Shown: positions 46,989 to 60,501 of the stretch, piece after piece
Numbering within the stretch: position 1 is the first letter of the stretch
Layout: each line of letters starts with the position of its first letter
Made by a program: the position numbers and the translations under genes
The notes under the pieces: model-generated
The model's input: only the letters and a program-made list of their open reading frames with translations
Databases searched by the model: none
Told to the model about the DNA's origin: nothing
From: Eledone cirrhosa
Lineage: Eukaryota
Direction: 5' to 3'
Assembly (NCBI GenBank): GCA_964016885.1
Contig: OZ024742.1
Coordinates: 116,746,001 to 116,810,000 of the forward strand
DNA length: 64,000 nucleotides

Positions 46989-47706
46989 TATATATATCAT
47001 ATATATATATACATATATATATATATTAAATATATCATATATATATATTATATATATCATATATATATATATATATTATATATATCATATATATATACAT
47101 TTATATATATATTATATATATCATATATATACATGGAAAGTTTATTTAAATTGTTGGGTTAACAACGAGTAAATATTTATAACTGATATAAAAGCACTCA
47201 ACAAATATTTGGAGTATATTTATGATATTAAATAAATATATATTTATATATATATTATATATATCATATATATATATATATATATATATTTTATATATAC
47301 ATTATATATATATATAAAATATATATATATATACAATGTATATATATATTATATATATATATAATATATATATATATATACAATGTATATATATATATTA
47401 TATATATATATAATATATATATATAATATATATATATAATATATATATATAATATATATATATAATATATATATAATATATATATATATATAAAATATAT
47501 ATATATATACAATATATATATATATTAAGGAAAAGTGGACGTAAAATGAAATGATGATGATGAAATGATGAATATATATATATAATATATATATAATATA
47601 TATATATATAATATATATATATAAAAAAAAATATATATATATAATATATATATGATATATATATATAATATATATATATAATATATATATATAATATATA
47701 TACATA

Positions 47707-47815
47707 ATTCTTTCTACGATAGGCACAAGGCCAGCAATTATCAAGTGTATTACTGGTACTTTATTTTATCGACCCCGTAATGATGAAAGGCAAAGTTAAC
47801 CTCGGCGGGATTTGA
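47707..47815 (-). mobile_element. Partial copy of second SINE family
   Basis: Reverse complement of 46878-46985. Confidence 0.8.
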
Positions 47816-47890
47816 ATATATATATATAATGTATTTAATATATATATAATATATATAAAATTTATATATAATATATATAATTATATATAT

Positions 47891-47941
<51 letters not shown>

Positions 47942-47970
47942 GATATATATATATAATATATATATGTATA

Positions 47971-49188
47971 ATATTATTATAAATCATGTCTACAGAATTT
48001 TCAGATAAACAAAATACTCCATTTCCTCTGCCAAACAGCACAATCAACAATATAAAAAATCAATTATACTAAGCCATAAGGATAAAAGCTCCTATGAAGA
48101 AATCTTCGACAAACAAACCAGAGTGGCTTCTTTGCGGTATCCACATCAGGTTATTTATCCAACATTTCGACAGCATGCATAAATCGACCAAGTACATAAT
48201 TAACCATATGCAATTCGGTGTAAAATCAAACATAGAAGAACTGTGTACATACCGTAACTATATCGCTACCATGGTTTCATCCGTATTTTTAGATATCCTA
48301 TTAATAGGAAATCCATTGAGTTCGGAATCATCAGGAGATAAACTCAAAAATAGACACTTAGTATTCCAAGCCAATCGCGCCAAAGTTGGATTAAAAAATG
48401 GCTAAGAATCACACTATGGCCGTGGTCAAGTTGGAAAAAATGTGATTGGCTGTTGACGGCGTGTAGGCCTGTCGCTCGAAAGCGCAGTCAAATATCGCCA
48501 AATTTAATCTCAACCTTACAGGAGATTATTAAATATGAAGGTTTACATATACATAAATTTATATATGTTACAACCGGTCACTTTTTAGTGCTATGAAGAA
48601 TTAATAAATTAAAAACTCAGAGCAATATATTATTATAAATCATGTCTACAGAATTATTAGATCAACAAAATATATAACAATTTTGGCGCGATTGGCTTGG
48701 AATACTAAGTGTCTATTTTTTAGTTTATCTCCTGATGATTCTGAACTCAATGGATTTCCTATTAATAGGATATCTAAAAATACGGATGAAACCATGGTAG
48801 AGATATAGTTACGGTATGTACACAGTTCTTCTATGTTTGATTTTACACCGAATTGCATATGGTTAATTATGTACTTGGTCGATTTATGCATGCTGTCGAA
48901 ATGTTGGATAAATAACCTGATGTGGATACCGCGAAGAAGCCACTCTGGTTTGTTTGTCGGAGATTTCTTCATAGGAGCTTTTATCCTTATAGCTTAGTAT
49001 AATTGATTTTTTATATGGTTGATTGTGCTATTTGGCAGAGGAAATGGAGTATATATATTGTTTATCTAATAATTCTGTAGACATGATTTATAATAATATA
49101 TTGCTCTGAGTTTTTAATTTATTAATTCTTCATAGAGCTAAAAAGTGACTGGTTGTAACATATATAAATTTATGTATATGTAAACCTT
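47971..49188. repeat. Rearranged repeat: 656-bp unit, partial tandem copy, then inverted copy
   Basis: 47971 sequence recurs at 48627; 48679-49188 is the reverse complement of the unit; mirrored ORFs 48094-48405(+) and 48646-48972(-). Confidence 0.9.
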
Positions 49189-49228
49189 TATATATGTATA
49201 ATATATATATATATATATAGTATATATG

Positions 49229-49295
<67 letters not shown>

Positions 49296-49348
49296 ATATA
49301 TATATAGTATATATATATATCTATATCTATGATATATATAATATATAT

Positions 49349-49379
<31 letters not shown>

Positions 49380-49457
49380 GATATATATATATATATACAA
49401 TATATATATCATCATAATTTTATGTCAATGACATCAGTGTTGGAGCCCTCTCCCTCT

Positions 49458-49762
49458 GGGAGAGGGCTCCAACACTGATGTCATTGATTTCAACAAGGCC
49501 TTTGACGGGGTTGATCATAAGATTCTATTGAAAAACTATCCAATATTGGTGTTTCTGGAAGGTTACTACAGTGGACCAAATGTTTCCTGACAGACAGAGC
49601 CTAACATGTAGTCGAAGGAGTAAAATCAAGCCCAGCCAAAGTCAGCAGTGGCGTCCCATAAGGCATTGTGTTGGGCCCACTTCTTTTAATCATCTACATT
49701 AATGACATTACTGACATCATCAAGCCCAGCAACATAAGAATCTTCGCAGATAATTCCAAGCT
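49458..49762 (+). mobile_element. Internal RT fragment of the CR1-group LINE
   Basis: Close homologue of 44030-44337 (DFNKAFDGVDHKILL..VLGPLLFNHLH..FADNSKL); preceded by a fold-back hairpin. Confidence 0.88.
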
Positions 49763-49919
49763 ATCTGTTTTCCTTCAGTTGTAACGTGTTTCGAAATATT
49801 TACTTCTGCATCCACAGACTGATTCTTTTTTGTTTCAGAAGATCCCGTTAAGTGTGAAAGCAGTGATTTTTGCTTAAACTTTATTCTGTTATTTTGATAA
49901 ATTAGTATATATATATGAA

Positions 49920-50357
49920 GGCACATCGCTTAGTGGTTAGCACATTAGGCTTGCAATCGAAAGGTTGTGAGTTCAATTCTCAGACCGGGTGATGTGTTGT
50001 TTCCTTGAGCAAGACACTTTATTTCACATTGCTCCAGTTTATTCAGCTGTCGAAATGAGATGATAGGACTAGGGTCCCTATCATTCCACTGCAAAGTGGT
50101 CGTGGTGGTGCCATGGCAAAAAAGCACCCAGCCCACACTGTAAAGTGTTCGTGTGGGCGCCACGGAAAAAAAAGCACCCAGCACTCACTGAAAATGAGGT
50201 TGGTGTTAGGAAGTGCATCCAGCTGTAGATATCAAGCCAGAATGAGTTCCCGTATGAGCAAGACAAGGTCAGCCGACCAGACACTGCCCACAACAGGACA
50301 ACCCGTCTAACCCATGCTAGCGTGGAAGAACGGATGTAAAATGGTGATGATGATGAT
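49920..50357 (+). mobile_element. tRNA-headed SINE with RTE-B-derived tail
   Basis: Head GGCACATCGCTTAGTGGTTAG..GAGTTCAATTC (A/B boxes), body GTGTTGTTTCCTTGAGCAAGACACTTT, last ~270 bp match the RTE-B 3'UTR; (GAT)n tail. Confidence 0.88.
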
Positions 50358-52284
50358 ATATATCTGTGAGTGTAGAGATCTACAGTGGGTTACTAACCCA
50401 TTAAGATGATGTTTGAGTGGCAAACTAGGTGCTAGAGAAGATTAGTTGAGAGAGAGAGAGAGAGCTATGAGGAAGAAAAGACAGTAGAGAAAAGTAGAAG
50501 CGATTTGGAGGTTGATACAATTGATTGTATTCTGAGAAAATATCATTGTTAGTATTGTAAGTTTGTAAGATGTTGACTAAAAGTGCAATCTTCTGAGTAT
50601 CTTAATCATCATCATTTTACATTTGCTTCACAAGTTGGCATGTCTTGGACTGGTCATTGAAATCCTTGTCAGTTCTTTTCTGAAGTTTCTGTCCTCCTAG
50701 ATGAGTCACATGATTCAGTCATGCTTGTACACTCAAAATTGTTGTATGAATTCTGTGGCTGGATACCCTTCCTAATACCAACCCCTTTACAGTATAAACA
50801 GTGTTCATTTATCATGACACTACGGCTAAAAGGTTTTCAGGTCTTAAACAAAAATAAAAAGTCTTCTCTAACCTATATTGTCTGCATTCAATGCATGAGG
50901 GTGATGACAATGAGTAGGAAGGGGAGAGAAAGGGATCAGAATTAAAAAGAGTAGAACAGTAATGTTTGACAGGAGAGTAAAAGGGATGTTTAGGAAATTC
51001 ACCATGAAGTCAGCATGAGCAAACTGATAGAATACCATTAGAAATGTGTCATGGCAGAAGAGATTGAGTGAAGGATATCATGGGCATAAGAGAATGACAT
51101 GTGTCGGATCACAGTCTGGTGGAAGAGGGCAATGATATTGAGTATAGGCTGCAAGTGATGGATATCATTAGAAATGGGTTCATGAGAGAGTGAGAATGAT
51201 ATTTCTGGCCATGTCCAATGCCCTGGTGTGGTGTGATACAAGGGAGAGTGGTAGTATTAATTGGACTAAATAGAAATAGTGATGATGGTAAGCAATAAGT
51301 TATGGTGGAGGAATTGGATATAGGCCAATCAGATACTCTTCCTCCCCTATTACTCAGTCAACATGGTATAATTTGTATCAAAGCAGTCATGGAAGAGAGG
51401 TTTGGCGGAAACTTTATCTTCACCACCACCACTTTTAATCTTAGTTAACATGTTGTTTTTCGAAATTCTGTTTATTTTTTTTTACTGGTTTCAGTCAGTT
51501 GACTGTAGTCATGCTGGAGGATTTCATTATTTTCTTTACTTAAACTTACATACCTTTGGTAATATTATTTAAAATATCTGAAAAAGCATAATTCCATTGA
51601 ATAATATTATAATGCTTTACATTAAAACATTTGTAAACCTTTAATATTTTGTACTATAGTAATATTTAGATCACATTAAAATCCATTTATTTTCCATATG
51701 CTCATTTATAGCCTCTTCCAAGGACCATCATTAGATTTTTGTCCTTTTAAAATCCACCCAACTCTTTCAAAATTATATCAAACTACAGCCCTCCATGTTT
51801 CTTTTAACTTTGCAATTTCTCTCAACCCTTCGCCGACCTTTCAATTATTATTATCCAGTTGCCTCACTTTATTTGATCTCAGCTCATGACTTAAAATCTC
51901 ATTAAAATTTCAACGGACCATATTTGGAATTTTTAGAAATTTTATGATTTTTTTTTGGTGGGGTTTTTAACAGTATTTTCTTTATATTTCTTGATGGTTT
52001 ATTGGAAAATTAAATAAACATACAAGTTACACTAGAATTAAGAATCACTCATCCACTCTCTCACAACTAATCCATAATTCATTGATTATATTTAACCCAT
52101 ATGCAATTTTTCATTTTGATTATATTTTCTTTTAAACTCTTGTATGGTAATAGCAATAACTGGCACTCATTTTGTATGTAACTCTTAAAAACAGAAAAAT
52201 AACAGAAAGCAAAATAATTCTGCTTTTCAGTATTCAGGAAAAGTACTGAGAATTAAATCAAAAACTGAAAGATTGCAAATATAG

Positions 52285-52490
<206 letters not shown>

Positions 52491-53310
52491 ACATTCTTGA
52501 TTAAAATCTTTCAAGTTTGAAATAATTATTTGAGTAAATATTTTAACTGAATTAAGAGAAAAATGTTAGCCGTTTCACTAACTTTGATAAAGGCATTAAC
52601 ATGAAAGTTGTAATTAATAATAATAATAATAATAATAACAATAATAATAACTAGTCTATTCATCACGATGCATGATATTTATTATTTCACATTAAATATA
52701 GTTTATTTGTAATGAAAAATAAACATATAATTTTACATTGAACATAGGATATTAAAACAATACAGACATCAATGTTAGTAATTTTGTATGTTTATGAAAT
52801 GTATAAATATTTGAAATTAAAAACAAAAAAAAATACTTTTTACTGAAATGAATTTTTTTTTTTTAAAGTTTGTAATGTAGGAAATAAAAATTAGCTTAAA
52901 TAGCTTTACCATGGTCCATTTATGTTGTAAGCAAGCCCAAAATCAAGCATTTAGTATCATACAATCAGATACATACACACACACACACACACATAATATA
53001 TATATGTGTGTGAGACAGAGAGAGAGAGGGAGAGAGTGAGTATGTGTGAGTGTATATATATAAATATATGAAGCTCAAAGATTAACATTATATATGTGTG
53101 TGTGTGAATATTCTTTTTTTATTTTTATTATTTTACTGGTTTCAGTTATTAGACTATGGCCATGCTGGGGCACCCTTTACCTCATTATTTTTTCAAGTCT
53201 GGTAAATTATTTTATCCCTCACGTTTTTGTTGAACTGCTAAGCTGCAGCAGAAAGACACACACACAAACACAAATGTAAACATAGGCATGAACAGATATA
53301 CACACACATC

Positions 53311-53500
53311 CAGTACCGGATTTTGAGCACATGAGGCCCTGTGCTAGCTAAGTTATGAGGCCTCAAACATTTAAAAAATTCATCGTAAGAAAAATGTTGT
53401 GGGGTGGGGAGGGGGGGGGGGGCTACAGAAAGATGGGATCCCCTGGCCAACAGAACCCTGGGCTTAAGCATACCTAAGCACAATGGTCAATCTGACACTG
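53311..53500. mobile_element. hAT-type MITE (190 bp)
   Basis: Imperfect TIRs CAGTACCGGATT / AATCTGACACTG and 8-bp TSD CACACATC at 53303-53310 and 53501-53508. Confidence 0.75.
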
Positions 53501-54399
53501 CACACATCATACACACACATCACACATATCCCACATACCATTTATGTATACGATGGGCATCTGATAATATTTGGGCGATGACTGTATTAGTGTTTCCTCA
53601 TTGGCTCAGGCATGTCAGGGGATCTAATATGTGACAGACTAGAAATATCATTATCATTGCAATGCTGTAAGGAAAGATTCCCAGTCTAGACATGTGATCA
53701 TCAAAAAGATTTTATTCATAGCATATCTTGAATACATATGTTGACTGTGAATTTGAGGGTGTAAGGAATCTGTCCTGGAGGAATTTTCTCTGATGGCAAC
53801 AACTGGAATAAATCTCTGCTTTCTGCTTAATTGATATCACTAGCTATTTGAATAAAAAGAACTTCCCAGTTATATATAGTCTTCAGTTTGCAGATCCATT
53901 GAAGTGAGGAGTTATGTTGCCATTGATCTTTATTATTGGAGTACATTACAGTCCTTGCCCTCTGAGATTCCAGTTGACATGTGACAAGGATGTAGAATTT
54001 TACATATCTCTTGACTTGAGTCCATGCAGATGCTGGAGATAAAAGCTTTTGAATATGTTTGTGTTGAAATCGATTTTATTCCTTTCAACAATGTCCATAT
54101 GCTATTGATGCCCTATATTATATATATCTCTGCTTTGGAGGGCAAGATCTTCTGAGTGGTTAATAGGATAATATTTGCAGTTACAAGTTGGCAGTTAGAA
54201 AGAGAGTTATCTGGGTGTATGTTTCTGGTTGTAGTCTATAATCTGCAAAAGGGTTTTATCCAGACAGAAATAGCTGATATTGGTATTATTGGAGTTAAAG
54301 AGTTTATTGTGACCTTTAAGAAGGGTATAATGTAGCATTATGTGGGGGAGTTCAAGCAGTCTTCTGTTTTTAGCTGAGGAACTAGTTTATTTCCTTCAT

Positions 54400-54980
54400 T
54401 GTGGTATTATAGCTATGCAGATGGTCTGTCCATTATGAGTTACTCTAGAACTGATCTGTACGACTTTCTGAATGTACTGGCAAAACATTCACTGGAGGCT
54501 AGCTTACACATCAACATCTCCAAAACGAAGTGTATAACAACTGATAAAACAAATGCCAATCTCCAACTAACAATCTACAACCAGCAAATTGCTCAAGTTA
54601 CAGAGTTTCTATATCTCGGTCACAAACTATCATTAAACAACAATGGAATGGTTGTTGCACAGTATCACATCGCTCTAGGTTGGGCAGCTTTCAACAAGAA
54701 TAAGGAAGTACTAACATCAAAACGAGTTTCCTATTTGATACTTACATCCTATCTTCAATACTTACATCCTACCATTTGTGTTATATGGTCTTGACTGTGT
54801 TAATTGGACAACAAGGTCACTTTAGAAACTCTCTACATTCCAGAACCACACCATGAGATTTATGACTGGCAAGCAGCTCAGCAACCATATCTGTATCAGT
54901 GAGCTGCTCAACATGACCAGACTTAAACCAATTATATCAATTGTCAAGTCAAGAGTACTCAAACTATACGGTCATATTTA
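54400..54980 (+). mobile_element. Old RTE-like LINE RT fragment
   Basis: YSYADGL..SLHINISKTKCI..IAQVTEFLYLG..IALGWAAF..LKLYGHI; no PHD insert between KTK and FLYLG. Confidence 0.7.
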
Positions 54981-56141
54981 TTTCTGTTGTTATTCAAAGT
55001 ATTTAGTAAGGAGTTGATGATTGTTATAACATCATTTTTATCAAGTTGCTAATGTTGTATTCCAAGTTTATCCAGTCATAAATTGGTTTTCTTTATTCAA
55101 CCAGTAGGGCAGTTGCATTTTGAACCAATACTTGTCTTTGTGTCTCTCAGTAATCCTATTCTTATGAAAGAAGGCTTTCCATAGCATGTATGTGATTACA
55201 CTTTGTTTGTGTACTTTGTATTTTTTTCTGAAGTACTTGGTATATAACAGAATGATCTACCTCACTCTCCCAATTTATCAAGAAACTGAGAGACCAGGAA
55301 TAAGAATTAATTCCAATAATATAAGATACCACCAAGGAAGCAAATCAATGCTTTAATGGATCCTGAAAATCCAGATTATATTTAAATAGAAAAGTCTGGA
55401 TATTTAAATAACCTGTGATATCACTTAACTAGTGATTTGAAGTATTTTCCACGTGTTAACATAGGAGAAAATTTCACTTGTACAGCTTCCATATGGCCAA
55501 CAATTCAGATATGTGGTGAGAACCTTCAGCAATAACTGTGATAATCACATGCCTAGAACAGATGATTTCTCTTCCACAATAACAATCCAGCCAGCATTAA
55601 TATATTTGGTCTGCCACATATTTGTTCCAACTTGACTCATGTCACCCAATAAGAATTGCTCGAGCTGTTGTGTTGCTTTATTCATTTACTAATATGTACA
55701 CAAATATAAAACTCTTAATAGCAATGGAAACGGTAGGTGGCTGTGGCTCCAGATTTGTGGAGGCAATTAAATATGAGTATAATCAATGGAAGATCCAATG
55801 TATTTGTATACTTTTCTAATGGATGAGGATTTATTTATTTAGTATCTGTTATGTCTCAGGATGTGAAAGATAAAGGTAAGTTATTAGTCCTACACTTAGA
55901 TCTAAAGTAGTAGTTTAAGTTAGCAGTTTTGTAATTGCAGAAGATTAATGGAAAATGGGAGATAGTAACACCTATCCATTTCCAAAATAAAAATTGAACA
56001 GAAGCTTTTTCTGTGAGATCCTAAAGTATCTTTCTTCTAGCCACATGAACATTCCAAATTTAGAAATTTCTCATCCTTCTTTCTTATTTTAATCATCAAT
56101 TGTTTGATGCTTGCAAACTGTCTGGACAACATTATCTAGAA

Positions 56142-56540
56142 ATTGGCAGTATCGGTAGAGGGTCGGACGCCATGCTTTCCAGCATAGTTACGTCCCTTTA
56201 CGATCTGAGTTCAAATCCCGCCGAGGTTGACTTTGCCTTTCATCCTTACGGGGTCGATAAAATAAAGTACCAGTAATGCACTGGGTAATTGGTGGCCTTG
56301 TGCCTAAAGTAGAAACAATTATCTAGTATGTTTGAGGGCGGTGGATTGGCAGTATCGGTAGAGGGTCGGACACCATGCTTTGCAGCAAAGAGTTACGGCC
56401 CTTTATGGTCTGAGTTCAAATCACGCTGAGGTTAACTTTGCCTTTCATCCTTATGGGGTAATTAAAATAAAGTACCAGTAATACACTGGGTAATTGCTGG
56501 CCTTGTGCCAAAAGTAGAAACAATTATCTAGTATGTTTGA
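56142..56540 (+). mobile_element. Head-to-tail dimer of second SINE family
   Basis: Two ~200-bp copies, each ending AGAAACAATTATCTAGTATGTTTGA. Confidence 0.85.
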
Positions 56541-57286
56541 AGTAGATGTGGATCTTTACCATGTGAGAAAACAAAACAAAATCATACACATCCCCACCTC
56601 ACCAGACTACTTATCCACCCACATCACCATTCCTAATAAACTTAGTATTTTTTTAGCCTTCCAAAATTGAGTAAAAATAAAAACTGGAAAATGGCATGAG
56701 TTTGTGTTTGTCCATAAGCTGTTGTCTAAACTTGATCCTGGTTTTGATTTTAATCTATATGGCGCTGTTAATGAATTAAAGAAAGTCACTAGAGATGTAT
56801 ATTTATATAAATATATATCATAGATATATGTACATATATCCAAACTCTACTAGTTTTCTATGACTTCATAGTCCTTTTAAAATCGATCTATTAGTTGCCA
56901 CTCTGTGACAACAAGCACATTTTACATATAATTGGGTGTTGCTTGCTAACTCAGATATATCAACTCGCGATGCTTTCATGCAATTATGAATTCGATAAAT
57001 TCCAAATTGATATATATAAAGTACATAGGATCTGTTATAATTGTGTTTTGATAAACTGAATTAATTCATTATGGGGAAGTAATTCTATTTCCCAATATGC
57101 AACTGTAAACACCTTGTCAATGTGTAGGGAATAATCTCACCAAATATTGGATCACTAAATGTTTCACTATAAAAGTGTTATCAGTGTACTTATTCATATT
57201 TAATCTATTCTCAGCTGCATTGATGTGGACTGCTAAATCATTTTTTTAACCTGGAGAGCTTCATGCAAATTGCAACAATACATATA

Positions 57287-57630
57287 TCATCATCATCATC
57301 ATCATCATCATTTTACGTCCGCTTTTCCTTGCTTGCAAGGGTGGGACGGGAACTGATTCTGGCTTGATTTCTACAGCTGGATGCCCTTCCTAACACCAAC
57401 CTCATTTACAGTGAGTGCTGGGTGCTTTTTTGCCGTGGCACCTCCACCATCCCTTTGCAGTGGAATGATAGGAACCCCAGTCCCTATCATCTCATTTCTA
57501 CAACTGAGTAAACTGGAGCAATGTGAAATAAAGTGTCTTGCTCAAGGAAACAACACATCACCCGGTCTGAGTATTGAATTCACAACCTTTCGATTGCAAG
57601 GCCAATGCTCTAACTAAGCCATGTGCTTCC
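57287..57630 (-). mobile_element. tRNA-headed SINE with chimeric tail ending in the RTE-C terminus
   Basis: Same head/body as 49920, but the last ~40 bp (CCCGTCCCACCCTTGCAAGCAAGGAAAAGCGGACGTAAAA) match the 33830 LINE end. Confidence 0.85.
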
Positions 57631-57659
57631 ATATGTATATATATATATGTATATATATA

Positions 57660-57930
57660 TATTTCGTTTTTGAATTTGTTTTGCAAGATTTCTTATCTGA
57701 AAACGTGTGTTGAAACAGATAATCTTATATTTTGGGAGAGTCATGCTGCCAATAAAAACACAAGTACGTGTTGGTTTTCACTTCAGTTTATTATAAATTT
57801 GCGGTTGGCTGGTTGGTTGGTTCGATAACCGGATGGTTGTTTATATATTGTCACACATTATGTGACATCCTCAGTGACTAGGTTTTTATTTTGTGTCTCT
57901 CCTTTGTTCTGTCCTACACCATGTTCTTTT
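57660..57930 (-). mobile_element. Solo 3'-terminal segment of the 37200 Penelope family
   Basis: Reverse complement aligns with 37840-38132. Confidence 0.8.
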
Positions 57931-57972
57931 CATGGTGTGACATAACACAAAAAGATATGGCTCATTTTGCAT

Positions 57973-58016
<44 letters not shown>

Positions 58017-58046
58017 AGCCTACAGTAACTTCATGTTACACTCCCT

Positions 58047-58080
<34 letters not shown>

Positions 58081-58483
58081 CCTGTATAGATACATGTACC
58101 AATCTCTGGCCCCCACTCTTCCTTACCCTAGCCCTAGCTTATCGAAATGATACATTTGACCACAGCACCATGAAGCCACCCAGTGACCTATTTCTTCACA
58201 CTCTGCAAACATTCCAAAAATTGTAAATATTCTTTACCACAGTAGACCCTTGAAAAGGCTTGCTGAAGACAAGCTAAAACCACTTTGCCTTGCAGTCAGA
58301 TGCATGACTCCTATGGGTTACATTGAGCCAATCCTCTGCAAAATATGCGTAATAGGTCAATAAACATTAAATATATTTTTTATGTAAATGAAATTTCCTC
58401 GTCTTTTCTATTATATACACTCTGCATGTACATAGAGTGCTTTATTTGGTACCAACACAAGTAATACACTGTACTATCAACAC

Positions 58484-58516
<33 letters not shown>

Positions 58517-58519
58517 TTA

Positions 58520-58951
58520 TCAGTAACAGAGAAGACCCGCCTTACCTAAATATATAGTAAAACCTACTCCAGCCAGTAGGCATCTCTAACAAAACACACC
58601 CCGTCCCACCACCACCACCCCCACCCCATCCACACCACCCCGTTCTATGTAAAGTTATGTTGGTGCCGCGCCATCCAGGCCGAAACAAATGAGATCGTGT
58701 AGGTGTCACGACAAAAAAACACACAGTCCACGCTGTAATGTGGCCGTGTAAGCAACACGGTAAAAACCTCCCAGACCCACACTGTAAATGTGGTTGGTGT
58801 TAGGAAGGGCATCCAACTGTAGAAAACCTGCCAGACAGTCCTATGCAAGCAAGACAATCACTCTTGCCTCAAGTGGGACTACCCCCGTCCAAACCCATGC
58901 AAGCGTGGAACACGGACGTTAAACGTTGATGATGATGATTGATGATGATGA
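58520..58951 (+). mobile_element. RTE LINE subfamily A, 3'UTR-only insertion
   Basis: Near-identical to 12024-12423; between AT arrays. Confidence 0.92.
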
Positions 58952-58969
58952 TATATATATATATACAAT

Positions 58970-59116
<147 letters not shown>

Positions 59117-60386
59117 TATATATATATATACAAATCTATATATGTTTTAGTTTTATCTTTTAAAAGAAGTAAAACCTAGTGGTATTTTTCAAAATAATTT
59201 GTTAGTGGACCATGAAGGGAAAAGTATGATGCAGTTACAGATATCATTATCTCTGGATTCATGACAGAGAAATTGTATAACTCAATATGTACACTGTATA
59301 ACATAGGCATTAATCAATTCCATGCATATACAGTACATATATACATATATGTATGTGTGTGTTTCTGCAAGCACCAAATCCAACCTGTTAGGTTGCAATG
59401 TTTGCTGGTGCCATGATAAAAATCACCCACTCCACCAGGAACACATGAGCAAGATGTGGTCACCTGATGGCTCTGGGATCATAACTTGACAGCCCATCTA
59501 ACCCATGCAAGCATGGAAAATAGACATTAAACAGGGATGATGATGATCTTGATATTATAGAAAGCTAACATGAAAGTTTGTAAGTAAAGTTAATCCAAAA
59601 TTGAACATATTGAATGGTTAAAATTGTAAATAAATGTTTTATCAAACACCATCATATTCATCGATTGTACCCCCCCCCCCCCCGCCGTTCCTTTGCTACC
59701 ATGGGTTGGGGGAGATATTTTAATGCACTATTTTATGACTTGATGCTCGTTTTGATGGCAACCCTAACTTGCTTTTAGTTAAAGTATATACCTTTACATG
59801 TTGTACTGCTTAGCTGCAGGACATATTGTATTGACAGGACAGGACATAAACAAACATGACTGCCTGCCCAGTTGATGTCAATATGAACTGAAGACACATA
59901 CTGAGACACTCTAACCCACATTTATGATAGGCTTTTGCAAAATTTCTGTTTAATAATTTCACTCACAAGTCATTAGTCACCCTGAAGCCTAAGGTGCCAA
60001 GTGATGGGATCAAATCCAAAATCACATGGGTGCAAAGCAAACTTTCTAACACTACAGTCATACCAGCACTGAAATACTTTAATATAAGTGATATTACACC
60101 CCATCTAAATACTAACTAGGGATGAAAAAGAAAGGTAAATACATTGACAAAGCTTACAAAAAAACAAACAAATGTTAATAGTGTTTTTATGTTTGATTTC
60201 TTTTTAATTGTTTGGAATGAAAGAAAGGACTGTGCCCATGACTTCTCCTATCCTGTGCCATATAAATGTATCAATTGCACTTTTCCATCTTGTATTCTGC
60301 CTTCCCTTGTCCCGCTTGGTCTTTGAGAATCAGTGTTCCTGCCACATCTCTTTCCACTTCCTTATCTCACAAAATTTTACTATATT

Positions 60387-60501
60387 TGAGGCGATGACGA
60401 AGGACCGTGACAAGTGGAGAGATGCTGTGCTGAATAGGACCCATCCAACCCTTGCAAGCAAGGAAAAGCGGACGTAAAATGATGAGGATGATGATGATGA
60501 T
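60387..60501 (+). mobile_element. RTE subfamily C, extreme 3' end
   Basis: EAMTKDRDKWRDAVLNRTHPTLASKEKRT* plus (GAT)n, matching 33830-33950. Confidence 0.85.

Noticed and set aside
48094-48972. Two near-identical ~105-aa ORFs on opposite strands as a gene pair
   Set aside because: A by-product of the inverted duplication; no recognisable domain or splice structure.
49920-49995. tRNA gene
   Set aside because: A/B boxes are present but it continues into SINE body and LINE tail and is multi-copy; it is a SINE head.
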